Positions 35,901 to 47,178 are shown, numbered from the stretch's first letter. The stretch is DNA of 64,000 nucleotides from Candidatus Poribacteria bacterium (GCA_965208675.1 OZ242351.1:4000001-4064000), one strand, 5' to 3'. The notes: generated from the sequence alone by a model not told the origin. Numbers and translations are program-made.

Positions 35901-37280
35901 ATGTTTGAGAGTTTGACTGAAAAATTACAGGGCACCTTCAAGAAGCTTAGCGGGCGCGGAAAATTGACCGAAAAAAATGTTTCCGACGCCCTCAGAGAGG
36001 TCCGGTTTGCGTTATTGGAAGCGGATGTAAATTACAAGATTGTCCGAGATTTTATCAATGACGTAAAGGACAAGGCGCTAGGCCAGGAAGTGCTCGGCAG
36101 CCTAACACCCGAGCTTCAAATCGCCAAGATTTTTGGCGATGAACTCACGAAGCTAATGGGAACCGAAGTTGAGAAAGTCAAGATTGCTTCAAGCGGGCCG
36201 ACAATTATTATGATGGTGGGGCTGCAAGGTTCCGGGAAAACTACTGCGGCTGCGAAACTCGCTCTCCAATACCGCGCAGATGGGCGACAACCGCTCTTGG
36301 TCGCTGCGGACATTTATCGGCCGGCAGCCATTAAGCAGCTTCAAATGCTCGGCGAGGAGATTGATGTGCCTGTTTTTTCCATGGGCACCGAGGTTTCGCC
36401 GGTCAATATTGTTCAAGCCGCCGTCAAGAGCGCTGTAAGTCTTGCCCAGAATTTTGTCATCATTGACACTGCTGGACGCTTACATGTGAACGAAGAGTTA
36501 ATGGAAGAACTGCGCTCGATTAAGTCGGCTGTTAACCCCACCGAAATTCTACTTGTCGTCGATGCGATGACAGGTCAAGACGCGGTCAATATCGCCGAGA
36601 ATTTTAACACCGATTTAAATATTGACGGCGTAATTCTGTCCAAGCTCGATGGCGATGCCCGCGGCGGCGCCGCCCTCTCCATACGTGCTGTAATCCAAAA
36701 ACCCATCAAATTCGTCGGCGTTGGCGAAAAGGTTAGCCCGACGACGCTCGAAGAGTTTCATCCCGACCGAATGGCTTCACGCATTTTGGGGCAGGGAGAT
36801 TTCAGTACGTTACTCGAAAGAGCCGAATCCGTTTTTAGTGAAGATCAAGCGAAGGAACTGGAACGTAAACTGACCGATAAGCAAGGCTTGGATTTTGAAG
36901 ATCTCTTAATCCAGATAGAGCAGATTAAAAAAATGGGCCCCTTGGATCAGCTGATTGAGATGATTCCCGGTGCAAATAATTTGCCAATGAAAGGTATCCA
37001 AGCTGACGAGTCGCAATTGAAATACGCCAAAGCAATCGTACAATCCATGACACCCCAGGAGCGTCGAAATGCGCGCATTCTCAATCATAGCCGACGCCTT
37101 CGGATTGCCAACGGAAGCGGAACCTCGGTTCGCCAAGTTAACCAATTGGTAGAGCAACTGAAGCTCATGAACCGCATGGTTAAACAACACACCGGACTAG
37201 AAATGCCTCAACTCGCGGCGAAGCAAATTGGGAAAAGGCCCAAAGGTTTGCAGAAGCGAAGAAAGCGTAAGAGGCGTTGA
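35901..37280 (+). CDS. ffh: Signal recognition particle protein
   Basis: GLQGSGKTT, DTAGR, KLDGDARGGAALS, M-domain SRRLRIANGSG. Confidence 0.98.
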   Translation: MFESLTEKLQGTFKKLSGRGKLTEKNVSDALREVRFALLEADVNYKIVRDFINDVKDKALGQEVLGSLTPELQIAKIFGDELTKLMGTEVEKVKIASSGPTIIMMVGLQGSGKTTAAAKLALQYRADGRQPLLVAADIYRPAAIKQLQMLGEEIDVPVFSMGTEVSPVNIVQAAVKSAVSLAQNFVIIDTAGRLHVNEELMEELRSIKSAVNPTEILLVVDAMTGQDAVNIAENFNTDLNIDGVILSKLDGDARGGAALSIRAVIQKPIKFVGVGEKVSPTTLEEFHPDRMASRILGQGDFSTLLERAESVFSEDQAKELERKLTDKQGLDFEDLLIQIEQIKKMGPLDQLIEMIPGANNLPMKGIQADESQLKYAKAIVQSMTPQERRNARILNHSRRLRIANGSGTSVRQVNQLVEQLKLMNRMVKQHTGLEMPQLAAKQIGKRPKGLQKRRKRKRR

Positions 37281-37324
37281 GTGAATCAGTTAATCGTTAA
37301 TCTTTACGAATGAGGAGGTAATAT

Positions 37325-37762
37325 TTGCCAGTTAGACTTAGACTGCAACGCCATGGAAGAAAAAAACGCCCTTTTTATCGGCTCGTGGCTGCCGATTCGC
37401 GCAGCCAACGGGATGGGCGCTTTCTTGAAAGGCTTGGTTACTATAATCCGTTGACCGATCCAGCGGAAATTGTTGTCAATGAAGAAAAGGCATTGAAATG
37501 GCTGAAACAAGGCGCACGCCCATCGGATACGGCAAAGAGCCTTTTGTCAAAAGCCGGAATCTGGGAGAAATACATCAACGAAAAATTAGGGATCGTCCAG
37601 ACGAATAGCGAGGGGGATAGTTCTGACCGACATAGCACGGAAACAGAACCATCTTCCGAAGACCAACCTTCGTCGTCGGCCGATGAGCCGAATGCAACTT
37701 CCGATGAAGAGGTAGAGGAAAACACATCCTCGGAGACATCTTCCGAATCACCGGAGGCATAA
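37325..37762 (+). CDS. rpsP: 30S ribosomal protein S16 with acidic C-terminal tail
   Basis: [36 protein letters not shown]. Confidence 0.97.
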   Translation: MPVRLRLQRHGRKKRPFYRLVAADSRSQRDGRFLERLGYYNPLTDPAEIVVNEEKALKWLKQGARPSDTAKSLLSKAGIWEKYINEKLGIVQTNSEGDSSDRHSTETEPSSEDQPSSSADEPNATSDEEVEENTSSETSSESPEA

Positions 37763-37909
37763 GACAAAGATGTGGTTCTAAACTCGGTTCCACGCCCTGT
37801 GCTATCGCTTACTATCCAAACAACATCAATTGTCGGTAACGATTGGGCGAACGAATTGTGAGTGCGATAGTCTTCGCGTATGCGGTCGTAATGCGGTTAT
37901 AAGTTTTTA

Positions 37910-37979
37910 GCTCCAGCGGAGCGGCATGTCTATAGAACCGGAATTCACAACTCTCTTCCGCTCCGGCGGAGCGGTATGT
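37910..37979. repeat. Direct repeat of short palindrome GCTCCRGCGGAGCGGYATGT
   Basis: Copies at 37910 and 37960. Confidence 0.7.
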
Positions 37980-38052
37980 TACTCACCTTTTGATTTTAGT
38001 GGCTGGCGGTCATTACGAGAAGCTGAAAAACCGTACGTCATAAGGATGTTTC

Positions 38053-38292
38053 ATGTTAAAGGATTTGATTGAATTCATTGCGCAATCTCTAGTAGACCAT
38101 CCGGAGCAAGTTAAGGTGCGTGAGATTGAGGAGGAAATGGTAACGGTCGTAGAGTTGAGCGTCGCAGGCGAAGATTTGGGAAAGGTAATTGGAAAGGGCG
38201 GGCGTACCGCGAAAGCCATGAGAGCTGTATTGCTTACGGCTGGCGTTAAAGCCAATAAAAAAACAGTGCTGGAAATCATCGAGTCGCATTAG
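38053..38292 (+). CDS. khpA: KH-domain RNA-binding protein
   Basis: DLGKVIGKGGRTAKAMR, in the usual position after rpsP. Confidence 0.92.
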   Translation: MLKDLIEFIAQSLVDHPEQVKVREIEEEMVTVVELSVAGEDLGKVIGKGGRTAKAMRAVLLTAGVKANKKTVLEIIESH

Positions 38293-38347
38293 TTACTTAA
38301 TTCGCAAAAATGATTTCCTCGCGCCTATTATCAATTGAGATTAAACA

Positions 38348-38755
38348 ATGGCTGTTATTGTAAAACGACCTGTTATTGTGAAAAATATTGTCACCCAGGC
38401 TTTTAAAGAACAACTCACCGCGGAATTAACGCAAGCAATTCAACAGATTGAGGAGTGGCTCGAACAGGAAGAATTCAAGAGTCGCCGCATGATTGCAGAA
38501 GCGCAAAAGCACGATGCGCGCCGCGTCAGTCAGTTGCGTGAGCAAGCAAGACAGGAACGGGAAAAACAGGAACAGGTCAGGAACAATCTCAAGCAGAAAT
38601 TAGAACAAGTCCAGCAGCTTGAAATTGACAGCCTTTTCGTCAGCGGGACGTATGATGCGCCTGTCAAAATCGAAGTTGGCGATGACATTCGCACCAAGCT
38701 GTCGCAGGCGGAAATAGTTGTTAAAGACGGAACTGTTGTTCGGATTACTGAATGA
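38348..38755 (+). CDS. ylqD: YlqD-family protein
   Basis: KRPVIVKNIVT..FKEQL coiled coil, VEVGD-like motif and EIVVKDG, in the expected synteny. Confidence 0.85.
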   Translation: MAVIVKRPVIVKNIVTQAFKEQLTAELTQAIQQIEEWLEQEEFKSRRMIAEAQKHDARRVSQLREQARQEREKQEQVRNNLKQKLEQVQQLEIDSLFVSGTYDAPVKIEVGDDIRTKLSQAEIVVKDGTVVRITE

Positions 38756-39484
38756 ATGAGAATTGATGTCATCGCTCTATTCCCAGAAATCATACTTCCT
38801 GCGCTGCAAGTCGGTGTCTTAAAACGGACGCAAGATGCCGGGATTTTGACAATCAATGTTCACAATCTCCGGGATTTTACGGCGGATCGGCATCAAACCG
38901 TCGATGATTATCCGTACGGCGGCGGGGCGGGGATGATTATGAAACCCGAACCCCTTTTTGCCGCCGTCAGAACGTTGTGCCGTGATTCGACAGCCCGAGT
39001 AATCTATTTGACGCCGCAGGGCACGCCTTTAACGCAGTCGCTTGCCGAAGCCCTCTCGCTTGAATCGCATCTTCTGCTGATATGTGGGCGTTACAAGGGA
39101 ATTGATGAACGCGTTCGAATGAGTTTGGTCACAAACGAGATATCCATTGGGGACTATGTGCTGAGCGGGGGCGAGATTCCGGCGCTTGTACTGATTGATG
39201 CAGTCGGGCGAGTCCTGCCGCGCGCCTTGGGAGATTATGAGTCGGCGCAAGGAGATTCTTTTAGCCAAGAGTTGCTCGATCACCCGCACTACACCCGGCC
39301 GGCGGAGTTTGAGGGTATGACAGTTCCTGAAGCACTCTTGAGCGGGAATCACGAAAAGATTACGGAATGGCGGCATGAACAATCGCTCAAACGGACGGCT
39401 GAACAACGTCCAGACCTGCTTGAGAAATATCAGCTCACTGAAGAGGATATCGCGTATTTGGATAGCCAAAAACCTGAACGATAA
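38756..39484 (+). CDS. trmD: tRNA (guanine37-N1) methyltransferase
   Basis: VDDYPYGGGAGM, ISIGDYVLSGGE, YTRP, LLSGNH. Confidence 0.97.
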   Translation: MRIDVIALFPEIILPALQVGVLKRTQDAGILTINVHNLRDFTADRHQTVDDYPYGGGAGMIMKPEPLFAAVRTLCRDSTARVIYLTPQGTPLTQSLAEALSLESHLLLICGRYKGIDERVRMSLVTNEISIGDYVLSGGEIPALVLIDAVGRVLPRALGDYESAQGDSFSQELLDHPHYTRPAEFEGMTVPEALLSGNHEKITEWRHEQSLKRTAEQRPDLLEKYQLTEEDIAYLDSQKPER

Positions 39485-39505
39485 ACCAAGAGAGTGAGGA
39501 AGTTT

Positions 39506-39569
39506 GGCAGGCGCAAGACCTGTCCCTACAACGGATTCATTCTCTGTAGGGGCAACACTTGTGGTTGCC
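39506..39569. repeat. Divergent pair of GTAGGG-type REP hairpins
   Basis: Reverse-strand GTAGGGACAGGTCTTGCGCCTGCC and forward GTAGGGGCAACACTTGTGGTTGCC. Confidence 0.7.
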
Positions 39570-39605
39570 TGCTACAAAAAAAATAATTAAGGAAGTGAAA
39601 TAACC

Positions 39606-39962
39606 ATGAATCTGATACAATCTGTTGAAAGTAAGTATATTAAGGATGACATTCCTAATTTTGGTCCAGGAGATACAGTGAGAGTGAACACCCGAATTCG
39701 CGAGGGGAAAAAGGAACGCACCCAAGCGTATGAGGGGACCGTGATTCGGTGTACTAAGGGCGGATTGAGTTCAACTTTTACGGTACGCCGGGTTGCGTAT
39801 GGCGAGGGAACCGAACGGACGTTTCCGCTTCACTCGCCAAACATTGAGAGTATTGAGGTCATACGGTTCGGCGCCGTACGTCGAGCCAAGCTATACTACT
39901 TACGCAATCGGACCGGAAAATCGGTGCGAATCCGCGAGAAGAAGCAGGCGAGTGATGCTTAA
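39606..39962 (+). CDS. rplS: 50S ribosomal protein L19
   Basis: [28 protein letters not shown]. Confidence 0.97.
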   Translation: MNLIQSVESKYIKDDIPNFGPGDTVRVNTRIREGKKERTQAYEGTVIRCTKGGLSSTFTVRRVAYGEGTERTFPLHSPNIESIEVIRFGAVRRAKLYYLRNRTGKSVRIREKKQASDA

Positions 39963-40414
39963 TTCTCTAAAACAACGGTGGCATCTAAGATTTTATTGCC
40001 TTTAGTGCTAGTTTTTTAGGGAGCCTCATAAAGATTTCCTTCGGCACGGGCTTGTCTCGCATCGTTTATTGATGTGTGCTACTCTTCCCACGGTGGGGCG
40101 ATCCCATAAATTCCCCTCCTTTCCAAGTGGGGTCGAGGAGGTCGCATCAATTCCCCACCTTACCAAGGGGGATCAACTGAGCGGATAGCGAAGGCGATAG
40201 TGTTAGGTTTGCACGTCTGCCTCCGTTGACGATTGAGAATCTGCTCATAAACGTTCTCGGCTTGCAAATGAACATGTCAAAACGCAGCGATCAAATGACC
40301 GTACGGGGAAGGATTAGCCGATTGTTGACCTTCAGTCTTCACTAGTTTTTGAGCCGAAACGTTTTTTTCGGGTTAATTTGTGAAAATTCTGATTTCAACG
40401 GCTGTACAAGGCCT

Positions 40415-41398
40415 ATGAGGAAAACTCAATCGATAACGGACACCTCGCCGGAGCGTGCAAACGGCAAGAATGCAGATACACTCCGATTCTGTGTCGTTGC
40501 GGATTGGCACGGCGCGCATGAACCGTTTGGCGAGTTAGCGCATCGTCTCATCGAAGAACGGCCTGAATTTGTCCTTGTTCCCGGCGATCTAGTTAATGCG
40601 AAAGGCGGCGATCCTGCCCCTTGGAAACACTTCTTCGCAGGCATCCGTCCCCTGCTAGACGCCGGTATCACGTATTTTCCCGTACCCGGCAATCACGATT
40701 TCGATGGAGACATCGCCGCCGCTCAACACGAGTGGATCAAAAGGTTTGACCTTCCGGACAATCAGTTCTTCTATTCCTTCGATTCCAGCCGCGCTCACTT
40801 CACGGGGTTGTGCGTCACGAAGGGGATGCTCATCCATGAGTTCGACCTGCCCGAAGGACGTATATCGCAACTCCAATGGTTCGAAGGCGATTTAGAATCC
40901 TCACGTCATGCGCGCTGGCGCTTCATCTTCCACCACGAGCCGGGTGCAGCGTTTTGCCGACTCAGTACCCCCAATGACGGCTTAGGACTCGCGGAGGTGT
41001 CCGAATCGGTGGAACCACTCGCATTCCGCGAAGGCGTGGATCTCATCTTTCGAGGCCATCAACACCTCTACGAGCGCACATACCCCGTCAATCCAATCGA
41101 AAAAGTGCGCGACGACCGCCGCGGCGTTGTTCTCATTACCGTCGGCGGCGGCAACATCAATTACCGCCCGATAGATGCAATAGATGCCGTCCCCAAATGG
41201 TTCGACGCAGTAATCAGCGTACACCAGATGCACTACCTCACAATTCAGTTGACTGGAGACAGACTGGATGCCGAAGCGAAGAATCTTGCCGGGGAAGTGT
41301 TCGATCGATTCACCATCCAAAAGTTTCCCGACGGATCACGAGAATGGGGAGGCCTCCCACCGACGCCCGTCTTCCTCGTCGAAAACCAACCGTGCTAA
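40415..41398 (+). CDS. Calcineurin-like metallophosphoesterase
   Basis: ADWH, PGDLV, PGNHD, HHEP, GHQHLYER. Confidence 0.9.
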   Translation: MRKTQSITDTSPERANGKNADTLRFCVVADWHGAHEPFGELAHRLIEERPEFVLVPGDLVNAKGGDPAPWKHFFAGIRPLLDAGITYFPVPGNHDFDGDIAAAQHEWIKRFDLPDNQFFYSFDSSRAHFTGLCVTKGMLIHEFDLPEGRISQLQWFEGDLESSRHARWRFIFHHEPGAAFCRLSTPNDGLGLAEVSESVEPLAFREGVDLIFRGHQHLYERTYPVNPIEKVRDDRRGVVLITVGGGNINYRPIDAIDAVPKWFDAVISVHQMHYLTIQLTGDRLDAEAKNLAGEVFDRFTIQKFPDGSREWGGLPPTPVFLVENQPC

Positions 41399-41422
41399 CG
41401 AAATCGAGCACGGAGAGTAATC

Positions 41423-42136
41423 ATGCAAACTGGAACACGATCCGACACATCCGAACCCGCCGAATACGACGAGGCTGTCCGTTTTAATCCAAACTCTGCC
41501 GAAGCCTATTTTAACAGGGGAAAAGCGAGGGCTACCCAAGATCAAGATCCGTCCGCAATTTTGGATTATGATGAGGCACTCCGTCTCAACCCGAATTTCG
41601 CCGAAGCCTATTTCCATCGGGGTTGTCTGAAAGACTTCCTAGCACCACGCGAGTCTATTCTCGCGGTTAGCCGTGCGTCATTCCGTTGCGCGATTGCAGA
41701 TTTTGACGAAGCCATACGACTAGGCCTTGAACTCTCCCTACTCTCTCACGCCTATTACAGACGAGGCCTAGCGAAATACAATTTGGACCAATATGAAGCC
41801 GCCATTCTCGATTTTGATGCAGCTCTCAGTCTTGACCCAAGCGATTCCGAAAGTATCGACGGACGCAAGGACGCGGAAGGCACGCTAAATTTCTATGAGG
41901 GTGGGATTGCTCGTATGGATGGAAGGATTAAGCAGAATCCTGATGACATCAGAACCCTCAAGATCCGGGGCGAAACACAAGGCTTTTTAGGACGCATGCA
42001 GGAAGCGAAATCAGATTTCCAGATCATTCTAAAACTCACTATGGAAACAGATGTCATAACAGAGATAGAACGGCACCTTCAAGAACTTGACAATCCCGAC
42101 TATTGGCAGCAATATAGCTGGCGGACCGAAGGTTAA
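41423..42136 (+). CDS. Tetratricopeptide repeat protein
   Basis: Repeated AI.DYDEA.RLNP..AEAYF.RG. Confidence 0.88.
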   Translation: MQTGTRSDTSEPAEYDEAVRFNPNSAEAYFNRGKARATQDQDPSAILDYDEALRLNPNFAEAYFHRGCLKDFLAPRESILAVSRASFRCAIADFDEAIRLGLELSLLSHAYYRRGLAKYNLDQYEAAILDFDAALSLDPSDSESIDGRKDAEGTLNFYEGGIARMDGRIKQNPDDIRTLKIRGETQGFLGRMQEAKSDFQIILKLTMETDVITEIERHLQELDNPDYWQQYSWRTEG

Positions 42137-42140
42137 ATAT

Positions 42141-42318
42141 AGATTTTGTAGGGTGGGTAGAGCGATCAACCGAGTGAAAAAACGAGGAGGATAGTCTTTC
42201 GAAATCATTGTAGGTTGGGTTAAGCGGGCTTGACGAAACAGTGTCGGTATGTCTGGAAGGATTGGTGGTTTGATGGCGTTGAAAATTTTATTACCCGCAG
42301 CGTAACCCAACGCTTTTT
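42141..42318. repeat. Family-A arms with module M (A7) between convergent genes
   Basis: GTAGGGTGGGTAGAGCG plus M, then GTAGGTTGGGTTAAGCGG-71 nt-AGCGTAACCCAACGCTTTT. Confidence 0.85.
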
Positions 42319-42377
42319 GTTAATTGGGGTGTGTATCGTTTAGCCGTGCCGGTTTCGGTATACGAAAATCTTTTGGC

Positions 42378-43166
42378 TTATGATTCCCAGACAAAAACCT
42401 GTTTCTCGTAGATGATTTCAAATCCATTGCGCTCCAGATTCCTCAGCGATGTTTTAAGCATGGTGAGGGTTTCACTGCAGGCGATTCGGCATCCGAGTTC
42501 AGCGGCTCGATTCAGGCGCGCCTTTATGAGCGCATTCTGCCCGCCCTTTCCTCGGTGTTCTTCAGACGTGGCTGCCCAGCCTAGGTAAGCGGTATCATCG
42601 TGTATCCCTAGTATTGCAGCGCTTACGGGAGCGTGGTTTTCATATGCCAGAAAGTGTTCAAACCCAGGCAGATTAACGCTATCAAAGAAGAATGAACAAT
42701 CCCAGGGCTTGTAAATATGTCTGATTGCATCCGCGCGGTTTTCGACTTCTACCCCAGCGGCACGCTCAACTCTGAGACTGGTAGCGTGCGGCGCTACCAC
42801 CTCAACAGGACGACCTAGCGTGGGATACTCCGTACCTTGAAATGGCTTAAACCCTTTGTCTAGTAGCCACGTAACAATTTCATCTCGCTGGGGATTTGGA
42901 CTAACCCAAAAAAAGAATCGCTCAATTTTCGATTCTTCCATTGTGTTCAGGATCTTCAAGAAATCGGTCTGGGAAACCTCCGCACCGCACCCGAAATATT
43001 GTACGGCGTTGCCGTTGGCTGAAGGATACGGCGACGATGCTGAAGACGGATCAATCGTAACAATAGCGTTCCCAATATTACGACACCGCTGGTTACCCGA
43101 CCTTGAACAGTGGCATTCTTCCCGTTTAAAAACCTTGAGACGCTTGGCAATCTCATAAGTCGTCAT
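42378..43166 (-). CDS. GNAT-family N-acetyltransferase
   Basis: AATSEEHRGKGGQNALI acetyl-CoA motif, SLRNLERNGF. Confidence 0.85.
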   Translation of the reverse strand: MTTYEIAKRLKVFKREECHCSRSGNQRCRNIGNAIVTIDPSSASSPYPSANGNAVQYFGCGAEVSQTDFLKILNTMEESKIERFFFWVSPNPQRDEIVTWLLDKGFKPFQGTEYPTLGRPVEVVAPHATSLRVERAAGVEVENRADAIRHIYKPWDCSFFFDSVNLPGFEHFLAYENHAPVSAAILGIHDDTAYLGWAATSEEHRGKGGQNALIKARLNRAAELGCRIACSETLTMLKTSLRNLERNGFEIIYEKQVFVWES

Positions 43167-43494
43167 TTTGTTTATCGATTGGGCTTTCAAAAGACAACCG
43201 GTAGCCATCGGGATCTTTGAAATAAAAGACATCCATGTTATTTCCAACGAAAATTTCGCCTACTTGAATACCGCGCGCTTTGAATTCTCGGTGCGCCGCC
43301 TTGGCATCATCACAAATGAAGTATAACGTAAACCCACCCCTAAGATTCGCGGGAGATTCGCCCTGAAGTTTTTCCAGCATCATCGCGCTATCGTCGCGCT
43401 GCAGCCAGCACCACCGCAACTCGCCGTCCTTTACCCACTTGTGCCGCATTTCGAACCCGAGGCCGTCCACGTAGAATGCCACTGATCTTTCCAT
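43153..43494 (-). CDS. VOC/glyoxalase/bleomycin-resistance family protein
   Basis: ERSVAFYVDGLGFE, FYFKDPDGYRLSF. The reading frame stays open a little upstream. Confidence 0.85.
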   Translation of the reverse strand: MERSVAFYVDGLGFEMRHKWVKDGELRWCWLQRDDSAMMLEKLQGESPANLRGGFTLYFICDDAKAAHREFKARGIQVGEIFVGNNMDVFYFKDPDGYRLSFESPIDKQNDDL

Positions 43495-43664
43495 ATTCGC
43501 AACGGTGAATAGGGGGACTGCCTGTGTAATTCTGAACCTTGATGATTTCGTGACCTTCTCCTAATGTGTTTTAGGTTATTGAGTTTCATTTGAATCAGTC
43601 GCGAATTGGCGCGCTTTTGCCCGATCCGGGTTCGTTTGTGATACAGGTAAGACCAGATTAGACT

Positions 43665-45158
43665 TCAGAGTATGTACTTACTCAAATCCTGATCCTTAAC
43701 AACTTCCGCTAACTGGTTGCTGACATAATCCGCATCAATTTTAATATCTCTCTCTTCAATGCTGGGGGCGTTGAAAGACAGGTCATCAAACAGCCTTTCC
43801 ATGATGGTATGTAAACGGCGTGCGCCAATGTCCTCAACCGACTCATTGACTTGAAACGCTAGTGCCGCGATTTCGTCAATCGCGTCTTCAGTGATACAAA
43901 CCTCAACATCCTCCGTTTTCAACATTGCGATGTATTGTTTCTCCAGTGCATTTTTCGGCTCGGTGAGAATCCGTTTAAAGTCGTGCTGATCCAAACTTTT
44001 GAGCTCGACCCGAATCGGGAAACGTCCCTGCAGTTCCGGAATCAAATCCGACGGTTTGGATGCGTGAAAGGCACCCGCAGCGATGAATAAGACGTGATCA
44101 GTGCGCACCATGCCGTACTTTGTCGCTATCGTGCTTCCTTCAATTATCGGTAGGATGTCGCGTTGAACCCCTTCGCGTGAAACATCTGGTCCAGATTTCG
44201 ATTCGCGTCCAGCAATTTTATCAATCTCATCCAGAAACACAATTCCCGAATTCTCGACTCGCCCGATAGCTTCCCCCACAACCTTATCCATATCAATCAA
44301 CTTTTCCGCTTCCTCCTGCATAAGAATGTGGCGCGCTTCATCGACTGTTACGCGGCGTTTCTTCACCTTTTTGGGTAGAAAGCTGCCGAACATATCCTTA
44401 AAGTTGATGTCCATCTCTTCGATACCCGATGGAGAAAAAATTTCAATAAAGGGAACAGATTGGTTCTTCACGCTAATCTCTACCGGTTTATCTTCTAGTT
44501 TGCCGTCTCGAAGCATCTTTCGAAATTTCTCTCGCGTCCGCAAGTACCTAGTTTTCTCTTGTTCACTGACGGCCTCTTCTTGCTCCGGTTCAATCTCCTC
44601 GCTATCAGCAAGTTCCAAGTCGAATGTCAACGTTTCAGTGTCTTCCCCTTCCTCATCAGTTAAATCAGCATCTTCTTCAACGGACTTCTGCTTCTTTATC
44701 GCACGAGGCGGTGGCAACAGACAATCCAATAGCCGGTCTTCTACCAGTTCCAACGCCTTCTCCTTGACAGCATCGGTTTGTTCAGCTCTGACCATGTTGA
44801 TTGCCAAATCCGTTAAGTCCCGAATCATGGACTCGACATCTCGTCCGACGTAGCCGACTTCCGTGTATTTTGAGGCTTCGACCTTAATGAAAGGGGCGTC
44901 AACCAAACGCGCCAAGCGTCGGGCAATTTCAGTTTTACCAATTCCGGTGGAACCAATCATGATGATGTTTTTCGGTGCAACTTCATCCCGCATATCCTCT
45001 TCAAGCATCTGTCGTCGAGCCCGGTTGCGGAGGGCAATTGCTACCGCGCGTTTCGCTTCGGACTGCCCGATTATATATTTATCAAGCTCTTCTACAATCT
45101 GTTTTGGCGTGAGTGCATCTGCTAGTGTTTTCTTGGATGAAAGTGACGGTGTCTCCAA
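43665..45158 (-). CDS. hslU: ATP-dependent protease ATPase subunit
   Basis: [60 protein letters not shown] start after GGAGG. Confidence 0.97.
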   Translation of the reverse strand: METPSLSSKKTLADALTPKQIVEELDKYIIGQSEAKRAVAIALRNRARRQMLEEDMRDEVAPKNIIMIGSTGIGKTEIARRLARLVDAPFIKVEASKYTEVGYVGRDVESMIRDLTDLAINMVRAEQTDAVKEKALELVEDRLLDCLLPPPRAIKKQKSVEEDADLTDEEGEDTETLTFDLELADSEEIEPEQEEAVSEQEKTRYLRTREKFRKMLRDGKLEDKPVEISVKNQSVPFIEIFSPSGIEEMDINFKDMFGSFLPKKVKKRRVTVDEARHILMQEEAEKLIDMDKVVGEAIGRVENSGIVFLDEIDKIAGRESKSGPDVSREGVQRDILPIIEGSTIATKYGMVRTDHVLFIAAGAFHASKPSDLIPELQGRFPIRVELKSLDQHDFKRILTEPKNALEKQYIAMLKTEDVEVCITEDAIDEIAALAFQVNESVEDIGARRLHTIMERLFDDLSFNAPSIEERDIKIDADYVSNQLAEVVKDQDLSKYIL

Positions 45159-45266
45159 ATGTGAACCTCCAGTTTCTTCTTTAGTTTTGGGGTGCCAGCG
45201 CAAATGTTGTCGGGGGTTTTCTCGCTGAAACTATGTGAGCGCTTAGGTTAAACTAGTGAATAGTCG

Positions 45267-45806
45267 CTAAACGTCAATTGACTCAATCTCAATCTGGCTG
45301 TTGGTATAAATGCAGATATCGCTTGTAATCTTCATAGCTTCCTCGACAATCTGCGCGGCAGTGAAATCAGTGTGGTTCAATAAGGCTTTAGCGGCTGCTA
45401 TTGCAATCGACCCGCCCGATCCAATCGCTAAAGTCCCATCGTCGGGTGAGATTACGTCCCCGCCGCCCGAAAGTAGAAATGCCCCATCGGCGTCCACGGC
45501 AATCATCAACGCATCAATGCGTCTGAGAACTCGATCGCTTCGCCAATCCCTCGCTAGCTCGACAGCCGCTCTCCGCAGATTTCCGCGATACTGTTCCAAC
45601 TTATTCTCCAACTTCTCATAAAGCGCAAGCGCATCGGATGCCGATCCGGCAAATCCCAAAAGGACGCGGTCGTTATATACTTTACGAATTTTTTTCGCGC
45701 CGTGTTTAACAGCAATATCCCCCAAGGTCACCTGTCCATCGCCGCCGATTGCCACCTGTTTACCACGGCGTACACTCAAAATGGTTGTTGATTTAATCTT
45801 TTGCAT
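45267..45806 (-). CDS. hslV: ATP-dependent protease peptidase subunit
   Basis: TTILSVRR..GDGQVT, AIGSGG, ICIYTN. Confidence 0.96.
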   Translation of the reverse strand: MQKIKSTTILSVRRGKQVAIGGDGQVTLGDIAVKHGAKKIRKVYNDRVLLGFAGSASDALALYEKLENKLEQYRGNLRRAAVELARDWRSDRVLRRIDALMIAVDADGAFLLSGGGDVISPDDGTLAIGSGGSIAIAAAKALLNHTDFTAAQIVEEAMKITSDICIYTNSQIEIESIDV

Positions 45807-45811
45807 AAGTC

Positions 45812-46480
45812 TTAGAAATAATAAAACAGTAAAAAACCGAATAGTTGCAATGCGCCCATACAAAGCCCGCATCGGAGTCCAGCCACAATCAGGTTTTGTC
45901 CTCGGAAGTAATACGGGGATAGCAAAAAGGTCAACGAAAGCGCCATTGGGACAAAGGCTGGAATGGTGCCGACAAAAGGAGAATTCTCAAGGTAACTCGC
46001 GTTCCAGTTCCACAATCGGGCAGACCCGAGCCGATCAAAAACAACGCTGCTAAGAAAAACGGCACCGGCTGTAATCACTGCCGCGATATAGGGGTATCTC
46101 CACTTCAAACTGAGACGGTGATAAACGTAAATAGTTACGCTTAAAGCTATCAAACAAGTCAATAGCAAACTCAACGGAACAGTGGGCACCCGAATATCGT
46201 TCAGACTCAGGTAGAAAATCAGATGTTCTTGGTGAACTTTCTGTGAAATATACCAGTCTAACGGCAGGTATATAATTAAGGATATCGCACTTGCAACCAT
46301 GCTGCGCGACAAATTTGACGATTCATCCCACCTCCGGAGCGCAAAACCGAACACACCGGATATTATCAGCACGTTCAAATAGAGCAGCCAAATCGACCCT
46401 AGTTTGGCGTTAATCAGAAACGTCAAAAAGGTCGTGGTAGACGCAATAATGACAGTCTTGTCTGTTTGAGTAATTGCCAT
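45812..46480 (-). CDS. Multi-pass membrane protein of unknown function
   Basis: About 7 hydrophobic segments, ends 5 bp before hslV. Confidence 0.7.
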   Translation of the reverse strand: MAITQTDKTVIIASTTTFLTFLINAKLGSIWLLYLNVLIISGVFGFALRRWDESSNLSRSMVASAISLIIYLPLDWYISQKVHQEHLIFYLSLNDIRVPTVPLSLLLTCLIALSVTIYVYHRLSLKWRYPYIAAVITAGAVFLSSVVFDRLGSARLWNWNASYLENSPFVGTIPAFVPMALSLTFLLSPYYFRGQNLIVAGLRCGLCMGALQLFGFLLFYYF

Positions 46481-46831
46481 TGTGGCTGAAACGCAAATTT
46501 GTGCAGATTGCCAACCGAGATAGTTACATTATACCGTGAAGCCCTCTTTGCCGCAAGTCCTAAATCAGATAGGGATCGCCATTTGCCGCATCGCTTCTAG
46601 CGGTAACACATCCTAACTACATGATTCTCACCCTGTGTCAATCTATCCCGACGGTGTCGGACCGTAGCCGATTGGCAATAAGCTGATTATAGCAAAGATT
46701 CCGCATCGCACGCAAATGAAACTGCAGGCTTAGTCTTTGAAACACGGTTGAATTCCACTTCTAGATGCAGTATAATTATGAGGCAAATTCTCTCAATCTT
46801 CGTTCTTTAATTCTAATCCAATCTGTCTTAA

Positions 46832-47140
46832 ATGGGAACGGTTATGTATCTCGCTTTCGCGGCAGATAAACAGAATTTCGAACCTTTCGAAATTTCTCGA
46901 ACATTACGAGGACAACTTCACTACTTTACTGAGGGTGAGATTCGGAACAGTGAAAAACCCAACGACTATTTTTTCCCGCTCGAGCGCACCGCAGAACTGC
47001 TTGATACGGGCGTATTTTATCTCGTTTCGCCGCTCGACGATAGAAATCGCGCAGAAATTGAAATTACAGCGGAGCAAGAGGATTTTTTGGCGTGGCTCGT
47101 ATCAAATCAGATTGAACGGATACACGTTACAGAAGCATAA
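46832..47140 (+). CDS. Hypothetical protein
   Basis: Preceded by TTGAAT-17-TATAAT (46748-46776), with a protein-like sequence. Confidence 0.65.
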   Translation: MGTVMYLAFAADKQNFEPFEISRTLRGQLHYFTEGEIRNSEKPNDYFFPLERTAELLDTGVFYLVSPLDDRNRAEIEITAEQEDFLAWLVSNQIERIHVTEA

Positions 47141-47178
47141 ATGTCTGGATTTGGTGTTCCTGTGTGGAGAGGAATTTT

